64,000 nucleotides of DNA from Vallitaleaceae bacterium (lineage in GTDB: Bacteria > Bacillota > Clostridia > Lachnospirales > Vallitaleaceae): positions 5,098,136 to 5,162,135 of the forward strand of contig OY782500.1 of assembly GCA_963677885.1 (NCBI GenBank), read 5' to 3'. Shown one piece after another: positions 49,988-59,355 of the stretch. Positions within the stretch are counted from its first letter, which is position 1. Each line of letters begins with the position of its first letter. The notes under the pieces were generated by a model, which did not search any database, was not told the DNA's origin, and saw only the letters and a program-made list of their open reading frames with translations. The position numbers and the translations under genes are program-made.

Positions 49988-50340
49988 AAAGCTCAGGGAC
50001 AGAGACGGCCAGCCATGCCTTGTCACTTGGGTTTTGCACGCTATTTTAGTGAGACTTAGGTTGACGAAGGTGTCAAAAATATATTCAAGTTTCTGCTTGC
50101 AGAAACTACCTCAGCAACTTGGGCACTTGCTCACAGCTATCTGACTTAAATAATTTACCCAAGATTTGCCCAAGTTATAACTTTTTGGCACTTTCATCAA
50201 CCCTAGTCTCACTTAATAGATGTGCACTCCCAGGAGATAAGGCATGGCTGTGCGTCTCTGTCCTTGAGCTTGACAATCTTAATAGATGTGCACTCCCAGG
50301 AGACAAGGCTTGACTGGCCGTCTCTGTCCTTGAGCTTGAC
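49988..50340. repeat. junction element R3: B arm, the same conserved core, inverted B arm duplicated in tandem
   Basis: The 5' arm AGCTCAGGGACAGAGACGGCCAGCCATGCCTTGTC... The core is nearly identical to R2 (AAGTTTCTGCTTGCAGAAACTACC...CAACTTGGGCACTTGCTCACAGC...TTACCCAAGATTTGCCCAAGTTATAACTTTTTGGCA). The 3' arm AATAGATGTGCACTCCCAGGAGA(T/C)AAGGC...GTCTCTGTCCTTGAGCTTGAC occurs twice (50207-50273 and 50274-50340). Confidence 0.7.
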
Positions 50341-50414
50341 ACCTCTCCTTTATTGTCAAACTCCTCCAATCTAGAGTATAATATAAGAGCTATAGAGAAG
50401 AACAGGAGGTAACC

Positions 50415-51113
50415 ATGACATTAGAAATAAAACCCACAGGATTCTTAACCTCTACAGGACTTAAATGGATAGCTATTATTACCATGGTCATTGACCATAT
50501 AGGAGCAGTTCTTTACCCCGTAAACCTTTACCCGGATATGGTCATCTTACGCATTATCGGTAGAATAGCCTTTCCAATATTTGCCTTTTTAATTGTAGAA
50601 GGCTATAGATATACTAGAGACGTACAAAAGTATGGTATAAGACTTTTAATATTTGCCTTACTATCAGAAGTGCCCTTTGATCTGGCTTTTAAGAAGACCT
50701 TAGTCAGTATGGATCACCAAAATGTCTTTTTTACTTTGGCCTTAGGGTTACTGGCCCTATATATTTATGATTATCTTAAGGAGCGGAATGGAGTTTTAGC
50801 TGGTGGAGCCATATTCCTTATAGCTGCCAGTGCTGAAATTCTTAAGACAGATTATGGGATGCTGGGTGTCCTTTTGATTGTTCTTATGTATGCTTTTTAT
50901 GATAAACGGTTTATAGCTGTTTGGATTTTAGTGATTAATGTGTTTTTTGTTATGATTGGCGCCAGTCAGATTCAGTTATTTGCTATTGTGTCCATTATAT
51001 TTATCTGGAATTACAATGGAAAACCTGGAAGACGGATGCGATACTTATTTTATATTATTTATCCGGCCCACATTCTGACCTTATACTTTATATGGCGGTT
51101 GTGGAGGATGTAA
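50415..51113 (+). CDS. traX: TraX-family integral membrane protein (putative acyl/acetyltransferase)
   Basis: 232-aa polytopic membrane protein. The N-terminal LKWIAIITMVIDHIGAVLYP is the TraX-family hallmark. Confidence 0.7.
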   Translation: MTLEIKPTGFLTSTGLKWIAIITMVIDHIGAVLYPVNLYPDMVILRIIGRIAFPIFAFLIVEGYRYTRDVQKYGIRLLIFALLSEVPFDLAFKKTLVSMDHQNVFFTLALGLLALYIYDYLKERNGVLAGGAIFLIAASAEILKTDYGMLGVLLIVLMYAFYDKRFIAVWILVINVFFVMIGASQIQLFAIVSIIFIWNYNGKPGRRMRYLFYIIYPAHILTLYFIWRLWRM

Positions 51114-51162
51114 GCTTTTATGGACATAAGAACCAAGTAGACTTGAACGAGGGAGTAATGAG

Positions 51163-51672
51163 ATGGACTTAGTTAAAGCAGTTGGTAAGGACTATATATG
51201 GCTATTAGACCTCCATACCAGATGTACAAGGGATTTAGACCAGCAAGGGATCTATCAGTGGACGCCGGAATATCCGGGACCTAAAACCATTAAGGCGGCT
51301 ATTGCCAGTGGCTGTCAATGGTTGCTTAAGCATAATGGAGAGTTTGTCGGAGGCGTTGTTCTGAATGAAGTTCAGGACCCTGAGTGGTTAACCATAAACT
51401 GGACCTTTCAAGGAAAAATTCTTGTCATCCATGCTTTGGTCATTGATAAGGCCTTTCAGGGGAAGGGACTTGGGCAGATGGCCTTAGAGGCCATAGAAGC
51501 CTATGCCGGGGAAGAGGGTTATATGGGTATACGAATGGATGTTTTCTCGGAAAATCCAGGTGCCATATATCTTTACAAGAAAAATGGATATACTTTCCTG
51601 GGAGATGTGTTTTTTCAGTCAAAACCTAAAGGCCATGAACGCTATATATGTCTCGAGAAAAAGTTTGCATAG
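51163..51672 (+). CDS. GNAT-family N-acetyltransferase
   Basis: 169 aa. ALVIDKAFQGKGLGQMALEAIEAYAGEEGY is a GNAT motif A. Confidence 0.8.
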   Translation: MDLVKAVGKDYIWLLDLHTRCTRDLDQQGIYQWTPEYPGPKTIKAAIASGCQWLLKHNGEFVGGVVLNEVQDPEWLTINWTFQGKILVIHALVIDKAFQGKGLGQMALEAIEAYAGEEGYMGIRMDVFSENPGAIYLYKKNGYTFLGDVFFQSKPKGHERYICLEKKFA

Positions 51673-51769
51673 GCAGGGATGACTTTGCAAGTCAATATTG
51701 CAAAAAAGGACTAAATATGTTAGAATTGGCCTAATCGAAAAAGGCTAGGATAAGAACCAGTAAATACAT

Positions 51770-52006
51770 GGGATTTTAAGAGAGAAGATGGGTGGTGTAA
51801 ATCTTCATGAAAGTGTATTGAACCTCTCTTTGAGCTTTGAACCGAACGTATAAACCAGTAGGCTTCAACGGATGTCCACCGTTATCAGGAAAGGATATAA
51901 CCGGTCTTTGACCCGGAAAGTATCTATGAGTGCAGATTTGTTCTGAATTTAGGTGGTACCACGGATTAACCATTCGCCCTAAGCTATATAAGCTTAGGGC
52001 TTTTTT
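51770..52006 (+). promoter_or_regulatory. probable T-box leader (variant T-box sequence) upstream of proS
   Basis: AGAGAGA at about 51775. T-box-like AATTTAGGTGGTACCACGG at 51945-51963, with a UGGU bulge candidate for the tRNA ACCA end. Terminator GCCCTAAGCTATATAAGCTTAGGGC plus TTTTTT at 51976-52006. Another 195 nt of hairpin-rich leader lies before the proS start. Confidence 0.5.
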
Positions 52007-52201
52007 GAGCTATTGGAAAGTTCTGATTATAGCAAAATGTTCAGAAGCCAACATTTTGCGTTAAAGAAACTTTCCTGCCGCAACAATTTGGCTGGTTGTA
52101 ACCTTCGGTTACTGCTCGCCTATGCAACCTAGCTGTGCAAAACGAGGCGAAGCCTCTTTGTTCAGCTTTAGGAATGTCCTATAGGACCTAGGAGGAAGAA
52201 G

Positions 52202-53917
52202 ATGAAATTAGTAAATTTAATTGGAGACAGATTTAAGGAAAGACCATCAGACTGTGTTATTGACAGCCACGCTCTAATGATTAAAGGTGGTTACATGAAA
52301 AATGTGGCTAACGGAATTTTTTCAAGCAACCCACCATTAAAGCGGATTACAAGTAAAATCGAAAACATCATTCGTGAGGAAATGAACCGGATTGAAGGAC
52401 AGGAAGTCCTTTTCCCTGTTGTTTTACCTGGTACTTTATGGGAAGAATCAGGCAGATATGAAAGCGTTGGCAGTGAGCTTTTGAGATTTAGGGACAGAAC
52501 AGGTTCCCCAATGGTTCTTGGTATGACCCATGAAGAAGCTGCAGTTCACTTGGTTAGGGATTATGCCAATACATACACCAAGTATCCATTTATGATATAT
52601 CAGATCCAGACTAAGTTCAGGGATGAAGCTAGACCTCGTGCAGGTCTTATCCGTGTTCGGGAGTTTACCATGAAAGATGCTTATTCTTTCCATACGTCAC
52701 AGGAAGATTTGGAAGTTTACTATGACAGATGTCTGGAAGCCTACAACCGTATTTTTGCCCGTGCTGGTGTTCCAGAAGTCATTACCGTAAAATCCGATTC
52801 AGGTATGATGGGTGGTAGTGTGGCCCATGAGTTTATGCTGTTAACCCCAATTGGTGAAGATTCCCTGGCTATTTGTACAGAGTGTGATTATTCTGCCAAT
52901 ATGGAAGCTGCTGAGAATATTGTCAACAATGAAGGTGCTTTTGAAAAAGAAGATTTGACTCTGGTTCATACCCCTAATGCTTCAACCATAGAAGACGTTA
53001 TGTCCTTCTTAAAGAGAGATGTTAAACAGTCCTGTAAGGCTGTTGTTTATCAAAAGAAAAGTGATGATTCCTTTGTCATCGTCTTCACCCGTGGTGATAT
53101 GGATGTGAACGAAGTCAAGCTCAACAACTATCTTGGTGAGGAAGTCTATCCAGCAGTAGTCACAGAAGAATCAGGTATTGTTGCGGGATTTATTGGTGCT
53201 TATGAGTTTGAAGGCAAGGCTCAGCTTCTTTTTGACACCTCTATTAAGGGTCTTGATTCCATGGTGGTTGGCGCTAATAAACTAGACTATCACTATACCG
53301 GATTCAATATGGAAAGAGACTATGGTCAGGTTGAATATGCAGACCTATCCAAGATTCAGGAAGGTTCCATATGTCCACAATGTGGTAAGGAAACCATCAG
53401 CTTAAGCCGTGGTATTGAAGTTGGTAATATTTTCCAATTGGGAACCAAATATACCAAAACCATGGAAATGACCTATGTGGATTCAGAAGGTAATGCCCAG
53501 TACCCAATTATGGGATGCTACGGTATTGGTGTGGGTCGTCTGGCGGCTTCCGTTGCTGAAGCCAAACATGATGAATATGGTCCAATCTGGCCAATGTCAA
53601 TTGCTCCATGGCAAGTACATGTTTGTTGCCTAAGAATAGATGACCAGGAGGCAAAAGACAGGGCAGATGCGATTTACACTGATTTACTTGATGCAGGTGT
53701 TGAGGTTATTTATGATGACAGAAATGTAAGACCCGGCGTTATGTTTTCTGATGCCGACCTTTTAGGCGTTCCACTTCGTGTCATTGTTTCTCCTAGAAAC
53801 CTTAAGGAATCTGTTGTTGAAATCGTATCCAGGGATAAATCCATCCAGAAAAAAGTTGGGTTCGATGATGTAACATCAGAAATCAAAAACTTGATTGCAG
53901 AGATGTTGGCATACTGA
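52202..53917 (+). CDS. proS: proline--tRNA ligase (bacterial type with INS editing domain)
   Basis: 571 aa with class II aaRS motifs, an insertion/editing domain and a C-terminal anticodon-binding domain. Confidence 0.95.
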   Translation: MKLVNLIGDRFKERPSDCVIDSHALMIKGGYMKNVANGIFSSNPPLKRITSKIENIIREEMNRIEGQEVLFPVVLPGTLWEESGRYESVGSELLRFRDRTGSPMVLGMTHEEAAVHLVRDYANTYTKYPFMIYQIQTKFRDEARPRAGLIRVREFTMKDAYSFHTSQEDLEVYYDRCLEAYNRIFARAGVPEVITVKSDSGMMGGSVAHEFMLLTPIGEDSLAICTECDYSANMEAAENIVNNEGAFEKEDLTLVHTPNASTIEDVMSFLKRDVKQSCKAVVYQKKSDDSFVIVFTRGDMDVNEVKLNNYLGEEVYPAVVTEESGIVAGFIGAYEFEGKAQLLFDTSIKGLDSMVVGANKLDYHYTGFNMERDYGQVEYADLSKIQEGSICPQCGKETISLSRGIEVGNIFQLGTKYTKTMEMTYVDSEGNAQYPIMGCYGIGVGRLAASVAEAKHDEYGPIWPMSIAPWQVHVCCLRIDDQEAKDRADAIYTDLLDAGVEVIYDDRNVRPGVMFSDADLLGVPLRVIVSPRNLKESVVEIVSRDKSIQKKVGFDDVTSEIKNLIAEMLAY

Positions 53918-53997
53918 TAGAATTACCTATTTGCTCTTGGGATTTTTGTTGTATAATGGGTTTATACTTATACACATAGACAAAAGGAGGAGGAGTT

Positions 53998-54399
53998 ATG
54001 TCGCATATTGAGGTTTATGATAAAGAAGTGAAAGATGGACTGGTTCGTATCACCCAGGTCAGCGATTCCGTACAGCTGGGTTTTGTTGAATCAATTTTGG
54101 AATCTGAAGGGATTGATGCTGTCATCAACCGTAAGGGTTCCGGATCCTATCTCAACGTGTATTCCGGATTTAATTTTCAGGGTATCGATGTTTTTATTCA
54201 CGAAAGTGACTATGATAAAGCCAGGGATATTCTTGAAAATGTAGAACTTACCCATGAAGAGGATGATGAGGAATACAAGACTTTGGAAGCCCAGTACAAG
54301 GCCTCCAAGAAAAAACATACCAGTTTGCTTTTGGCACCGGTTGCCATTGCCATTGTTGCAGCAGGACTGGCTCTAATTATAAGTTTAATCAAAGGATAA
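53998..54399 (+). CDS. hypothetical protein (DUF2007-like fold, acidic linker, C-terminal TM anchor)
   Basis: 133 aa with a C-terminal TM helix LLLAPVAIAIVAAGLALIISLI. It shares a beta-alpha-beta module with the 42375 ORF. Confidence 0.45.
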   Translation: MSHIEVYDKEVKDGLVRITQVSDSVQLGFVESILESEGIDAVINRKGSGSYLNVYSGFNFQGIDVFIHESDYDKARDILENVELTHEEDDEEYKTLEAQYKASKKKHTSLLLAPVAIAIVAAGLALIISLIKG

Positions 54400-54400
54400 A

Positions 54401-54450
54401 ATTCACGAGACTAGTCACTGGCTAGTCTCGTGATTGTATAATGACGGTGG
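54401..54450 (+). terminator. intrinsic terminator
   Basis: AATTCACGAGACTAGTCACTGGCTAGTCTCGTGATT palindrome, then GTATAATGACGGTGGATG TTTTTTTT. Confidence 0.55.
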
Positions 54451-54510
54451 ATGTTTTTTTTGATATAATACTTTTAGTTGAATATACTTTAAAACCAAAA
54501 GGAGAAAAGT

Positions 54511-56472
54511 ATGAGTTTAGATGGAAGAGTAGATTATGAAGACGCTAGGAAGAAGGGATTAAAAGCCTCCAATGCTGCAAGGTTCAGTGGAGAGAATCCT
54601 TATTTACCGGCGCTTGATAATATGATTAGAAAAGAGACCATACTCTCAGAAGTATCTCTAGGTACTTTTGAGATTCCCATTAATAAAATAAAAGGAACAA
54701 AAACCGTCGGGAGATCATCATCATTTGCTCCAAACTTCTTACCTATATTGTCACCGAATACTGAATTTGGAAGTAAATGGATGAGCCTGTGTCAAGCCCA
54801 CCTCAATGAAGGTATCCGTGATGCTATTAAGGTATACGAATATTTGAACTGGTTTTATGTCGAAGAAGGTAACAAGAGGGTATCCGTTCTTAAATTTCAT
54901 GATGCTGTCTTTATTAATGCGGATGTTACCCGTTTGATTCCTAAGTACGATCCGGAAGATGATACCATAGTTCTCTATTATGAGTTCTTGGATTTTTATA
55001 AGCAGACCCATATTAATTACATATGGATGAGTGAGAAGGAAGGCTTCAAGAAGCTTTTACTTCAGATGAAGAAATATAAGTGGGTAAATGTAGACGGACA
55101 AAGTGATTTTAAATCTGTTTATTACCAGTTTAGAAGAGCTTATTATGATCTTGGTGGAGACGCCCTGCCAAATACAACAGGTGATGCCTTCCTTAAGTAT
55201 TTGGAAATTTATAAATACGATAAAAACCTAACTCCCGATGGAATGAGAAGTCAGATTGAGAAGATGTGGTCGGAGTTTGAACTCCTCAGTAAAGAGGATA
55301 TTTCTGTTGAGGTGTCGACAGATTCCCTTGAGAAGAAAACCTTTCTGGAAGGTCTGGCAACAACCTTTACCTCAATGAAGTCTGCCAATATTGCTTTTAT
55401 TAATTCCAAGTCTCCTGAAGCTTCAAGCTGGACTTACGGCCATGAGATTGGCAGGAACCATATTACCAATATCTTTGGTGACAAGATTGATACCAAGGCC
55501 TTTAACAATGTTCCGGAAGATGACAGGGCCTATGACCATATTGTAGGTGCAGTCAAAGAAGGTTATGACATTATTTTTACGACCAGCCCAACCTTTATCA
55601 ATGCAACCCTTAAGGCTGCTGTTGAATTTACCAATGTTAAGTTCTTTAACTGCTCTGAGAATATGTCCTATAAGAAGGTAAGGACGTATTTTGGCCGCTT
55701 TTATGAACCTAATTTCCTTGTGGGCATGATTGCAGGAGCTATGACCAAGACCAACAATATTGGTTATGTAGTGACTTACCCGATACCTGAGGTGATATCA
55801 AGCATTAATGCCTTTACCATAGGGGCTAGGTTTGTTAATCCCCATGCTACTGTTATGGTTAAATGGGTATCTGACTTTAAGAATGATACATCAGAGGAAA
55901 CCTATGGTATTGATAAACAGTTAAGGGATATGAATGTTGATATTATTTCACATCAGGAATCATCAGATTTATCCACAAAATTACAAAACTCAGGAATTTA
56001 TCTCCTGGATGAACAAGATCCGTCTAATCCTAATAAACACAATTATTTGGCGACGCCAATATGGAATTGGGGAGAGTTTTATGAAAAGATGGTAAGAAAT
56101 ATTATGAATGGAGCCTATACCAAGATTTCCAATCTTATTGGTGCAGGAGAGAAGGCTATTAACTATTGGTGGGGGATGGATACAGAAGTGGTAGATATTA
56201 TCTATTCCAGATCCAGTCTTCCGAAAGAGACGATTCAGTCTGTGAAGTTTATGAAAGAAATGATTATCGAAGGAAATTATCATCCTTTTACTGGACCTTT
56301 ATTTGATAATAAAGGCCAGGAAAAACTTGGTGAAGACAGTCGCTTGACCACTGATGACATATTAACCATGGACTGGTTTGTTGAAGGTGTTCTAGGCTCT
56401 ATACCTTCGATTAATGCCCTTGAGGCTAATCATCCTCTTCTTGAGCTCTTAAGCGTCAAGAAGAAGTATTAG
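54511..56472 (+). CDS. cytoplasmic fusion protein: N-terminal ParB/Srx-like domain + C-terminal BMP (PnrA/Med-like nucleoside-binding) domain
   Basis: No signal peptide or lipobox. The N-terminal region (IPINKIKG...AIKVYEYLNWFYVEEGNKRVSVLK) resembles the ParB/sulfiredoxin fold (IPI.KI ... EGN+R motif). The C-terminal half (IVGAVKEGYDIIFTTSPTFINATLKAAVEF...YVVTYPIPEVISSINAFTIGAR) matches the BMP-family periplasmic-binding fold. Confidence 0.5.
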   Translation: MSLDGRVDYEDARKKGLKASNAARFSGENPYLPALDNMIRKETILSEVSLGTFEIPINKIKGTKTVGRSSSFAPNFLPILSPNTEFGSKWMSLCQAHLNEGIRDAIKVYEYLNWFYVEEGNKRVSVLKFHDAVFINADVTRLIPKYDPEDDTIVLYYEFLDFYKQTHINYIWMSEKEGFKKLLLQMKKYKWVNVDGQSDFKSVYYQFRRAYYDLGGDALPNTTGDAFLKYLEIYKYDKNLTPDGMRSQIEKMWSEFELLSKEDISVEVSTDSLEKKTFLEGLATTFTSMKSANIAFINSKSPEASSWTYGHEIGRNHITNIFGDKIDTKAFNNVPEDDRAYDHIVGAVKEGYDIIFTTSPTFINATLKAAVEFTNVKFFNCSENMSYKKVRTYFGRFYEPNFLVGMIAGAMTKTNNIGYVVTYPIPEVISSINAFTIGARFVNPHATVMVKWVSDFKNDTSEETYGIDKQLRDMNVDIISHQESSDLSTKLQNSGIYLLDEQDPSNPNKHNYLATPIWNWGEFYEKMVRNIMNGAYTKISNLIGAGEKAINYWWGMDTEVVDIIYSRSSLPKETIQSVKFMKEMIIEGNYHPFTGPLFDNKGQEKLGEDSRLTTDDILTMDWFVEGVLGSIPSINALEANHPLLELLSVKKKY

Positions 56473-57209
56473 GAAAAACGAATGTTGTTATTCTTAAGAT
56501 AACGTTTGTATTTACGGTATTCCTTTATGACCGGCTTACCTAAATACCTATAATGGAATATGAAGCCATTAAGAAAACGGCTTATAAATGACTGACTCAG
56601 GAACGGGTCAGTTTTTCCTTTGTAATCAAAAAAATGATAGTTATATCCATTAATGACCATTGTATCACCAATCTCTTGGATTCGATCTGCTTTGTGACCG
56701 TAATTAAGATGTTGGTGTCCATGAATAAAATAGGCTGGTCTATAGTCATCGATTAACTTTTTAAAAGAGGAAAATCCCCGATGGCAGAGGTCATCCCCAT
56801 CGCCATAATCCTTAATGGGGGCATGGGAGACAACAATGTCGATGCCGCCGAATTGCTTAATCATAACTCTCAGTTTTCGGATGCGTCTGCGCATTTCTTT
56901 TTCATTATATTGGAGGTCTCCAGGTTTATATCGGTAGGAACCACCAAGACCAAGGATACGAATACCGTTTTGAACCACAATACGGTCCTCCAGGCTATCG
57001 CAGCCAAGGGGAGGGTCCTTTGTGTAAGCCGTGTCATGATTTCCGTGGACATAGTAAACCCTTTTCCTGGTCATGGTTGTCAGAAAAGATAAGTATTTGG
57101 ATTTAAGGTCACCTGCAGATAGGATAAAATCAACATCTTCAAATAGGGAAGCATCATAATGATCCCAGAGATATTTGGATTCTTCGTCTGCTACGACTAA
57201 TATTTTCAT
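56469..57209 (-). CDS. metallophosphoesterase (calcineurin-like phosphoesterase)
   Basis: 246 aa with the motifs GDL (DFILSAGDL), GNHD and GHQH. Confidence 0.8.
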   Translation of the reverse strand: MKILVVADEESKYLWDHYDASLFEDVDFILSAGDLKSKYLSFLTTMTRKRVYYVHGNHDTAYTKDPPLGCDSLEDRIVVQNGIRILGLGGSYRYKPGDLQYNEKEMRRRIRKLRVMIKQFGGIDIVVSHAPIKDYGDGDDLCHRGFSSFKKLIDDYRPAYFIHGHQHLNYGHKADRIQEIGDTMVINGYNYHFFDYKGKTDPFLSQSFISRFLNGFIFHYRYLGKPVIKEYRKYKRYLKNNNIRFS

Positions 57210-57449
57210 TCATTATCACCTGTTTGTATGTATAACTTCAATATCTATTCATGAAGGTATAGGCTTTCAAGAGTCAGAATGATTATATCATTTTTACCTG
57301 TAATTGAAAACCGTCAATAAGTCGAATCCCTTAGAAGAGGCAAGTCTGGCTTTACATCATATTAACCATGTGCTAAACTACCTATAATTGATTAAGGACA
57401 GTCTTAGCTTAGTCCTAATCCTATGAAGATTATGTTAGGTAGGTGTATT

Positions 57450-58454
57450 ATGAGTGATCAAACAGTAAAAAAACCGAGAATATTTAGTGGGATTCAACCA
57501 TCAGGTACCATTACTATAGGAAACTATTATGGAGCACTGAAAAACTGGGTTCAGATGCAGGATGATTTTGAAAGTCTTTTTTGTGTTGTAGACCTTCATG
57601 CTATTACCGTAAGACAGGTTCCGGCGGACCTTCGTGCCAATACAAGAAAACTTTTAGCTTTTTATATAGCTGCAGGTCTTGATCCCAAGAAGAATCTAAT
57701 ATACCCTCAGTCCCATGTACCACAACATGCTGAGTTGGCTTGGATTCTTAATTGCTTTACCTATATGGGTGAACTTAACCGAATGACTCAATTTAAAGAC
57801 AAATCGGCGAAAAATGAGTCCAATATTAACGCAGGACTTTTTACATACCCTATACTTATGGCTGCTGACATCCTTCTTTTTCAAACAGATGTTGTACCTA
57901 TCGGTCATGACCAAAAACAGCATTTAGAGCTTGCCAGAGACCTGGCTCAACGCTTTAACAATACCTATAGTGATACATTTACAGTACCGGAAGCATACTT
58001 TGGAAAAGTAGGGGCTAGAATTAAGAGCCTCCAGGAACCAAATGCCAAAATGTCTAAATCTGATCCTAATCCTAACGCGACTATTTCTGTTCTTGATGAG
58101 CCTAACGTTATCATCAATAAGATTAAGCGTGCAGTGACGGATTCCATTGGTGAGATTAACTACAGTGATGACCAACCTGGGGTTAAAAACCTTATTGATT
58201 TATACTGTTGTGCAACGGGAGAAAGTCCTGACCAGGCCATGAATCGTTTTGAAGGCCAGAACTATGGTTTCCTGAAAAAAGAAGTAGGTGAGGCGACTGT
58301 AGAGCAGCTTAGGGGTGTTCAGGCTGATTACAGGGAAATTGTTAAGGATAAGAAGCAGTTAGATGATATTATTAAAGCCAACAGTGAAACAGCTTCATAT
58401 CTGGCTGAGAAAACATTACGTAAAGTTAAGAAGAAAGTCGGATTTGTTATTTAA
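57450..58454 (+). CDS. trpS: tryptophan--tRNA ligase
   Basis: Class I HIGH-like (TIGNYYGAL) and KMSKS motifs. About 334 aa from ATG 57450. Confidence 0.9.
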   Translation: MSDQTVKKPRIFSGIQPSGTITIGNYYGALKNWVQMQDDFESLFCVVDLHAITVRQVPADLRANTRKLLAFYIAAGLDPKKNLIYPQSHVPQHAELAWILNCFTYMGELNRMTQFKDKSAKNESNINAGLFTYPILMAADILLFQTDVVPIGHDQKQHLELARDLAQRFNNTYSDTFTVPEAYFGKVGARIKSLQEPNAKMSKSDPNPNATISVLDEPNVIINKIKRAVTDSIGEINYSDDQPGVKNLIDLYCCATGESPDQAMNRFEGQNYGFLKKEVGEATVEQLRGVQADYREIVKDKKQLDDIIKANSETASYLAEKTLRKVKKKVGFVI

Positions 58455-58472
58455 CCGTCAGGTGATATAGAT

Positions 58473-59201
58473 ATGTCAATGCTCATCAAGACCAAGGGAA
58501 TTGTATTACATGAAATGACCATCAAGGACAACGATAAACGAATTATCCTTTTTTCCAAGGAGTTCGGTAAGATGGTGGTTTTTGCCAATGGAGCAAAAAA
58601 AGCCAAAAGTCCTTTGCTGGCAGGTACACAGCCCTTCGTATTTGGTGAGTTTTTTCTATATGAGGGTAAGTCATCCTATACCTTGAAACAGGTCAATATC
58701 GACGAATCCTTTTTTGAACTTAGGCAGGATATGGAAACCCTGGCATACGGTCAGTACTTACTGGAAGTCATCGCATCCGTTATTCAGGAAATGGATGCCA
58801 ATCCGGAACTCCTCAGGCTACTATACGTCAGTCTTATGGCCTTGAAACACCAAACCATCTTACCTGCAGTGGTCAAATCCGTTTTCCAGTTTAGGTCTAT
58901 GAATATGTTGGGATTTGCACCTGATCTTAGTGGATGTATGGAGTGTGGTCAGGGTGAGGGGGCTTTCTATTTGGACCCCAAAGGTGGACTCCTTTGCAGG
59001 GACTGTGGTTCAAAGGGAAGATTTATATCTATGGATGCCCTTTTGGTTCTACGTTACATTCAGCAGGCGCCACTGAAGAAATTATACCACTTCAAACTGT
59101 CAGAAAGTCTATTTAAAGAGATTAATAATCCTATTGACTTCTATTTTAAACATTTTGTGACTGGTGATTATAAATCTCTGGATATCATTGATATATTATA
59201 A
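58473..59201 (+). CDS. recO: DNA repair protein RecO
   Basis: 242 aa with an N-terminal OB-fold (IKTKGIVLHEMTIKDNDKRIILFSKEFGK) and a C-terminal Cys zinc motif (CMECG...CRDCG). Confidence 0.85.
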   Translation: MSMLIKTKGIVLHEMTIKDNDKRIILFSKEFGKMVVFANGAKKAKSPLLAGTQPFVFGEFFLYEGKSSYTLKQVNIDESFFELRQDMETLAYGQYLLEVIASVIQEMDANPELLRLLYVSLMALKHQTILPAVVKSVFQFRSMNMLGFAPDLSGCMECGQGEGAFYLDPKGGLLCRDCGSKGRFISMDALLVLRYIQQAPLKKLYHFKLSESLFKEINNPIDFYFKHFVTGDYKSLDIIDIL

Positions 59202-59355
59202 GCCTGGTTTAGTGGTTTAAAGGATAAAAGCATATAGGAAAATGTAATTTAGCAGAATTTAATGTTTTTTTATTGATTTTTAATGGTCAAGGAAATTTCC
59301 TTGTGATAAAATATGTTTAGAGAGTTAAACATGATATTCATAAGGAGGTAATACA

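Noticed and set aside
49084-50369. ORFs 49084-49266, 50119-50313 (+) and 50175-50369 (-) inside junction elements R2 and R3
   Set aside because: They sit entirely inside the inverted-repeat elements, and the 50119 and 50175 products themselves contain repeated peptide segments (LNRCALPGDKA; SPGSAHLL) that mirror the tandem DNA arm. None has an RBS.
57240-57449. Possible T-box leader upstream of trpS (often T-box regulated in Firmicutes)
   Set aside because: No GGGTGGNACCGCG-like T-box sequence and no terminator/antiterminator pair are visible in the 200-nt upstream region.
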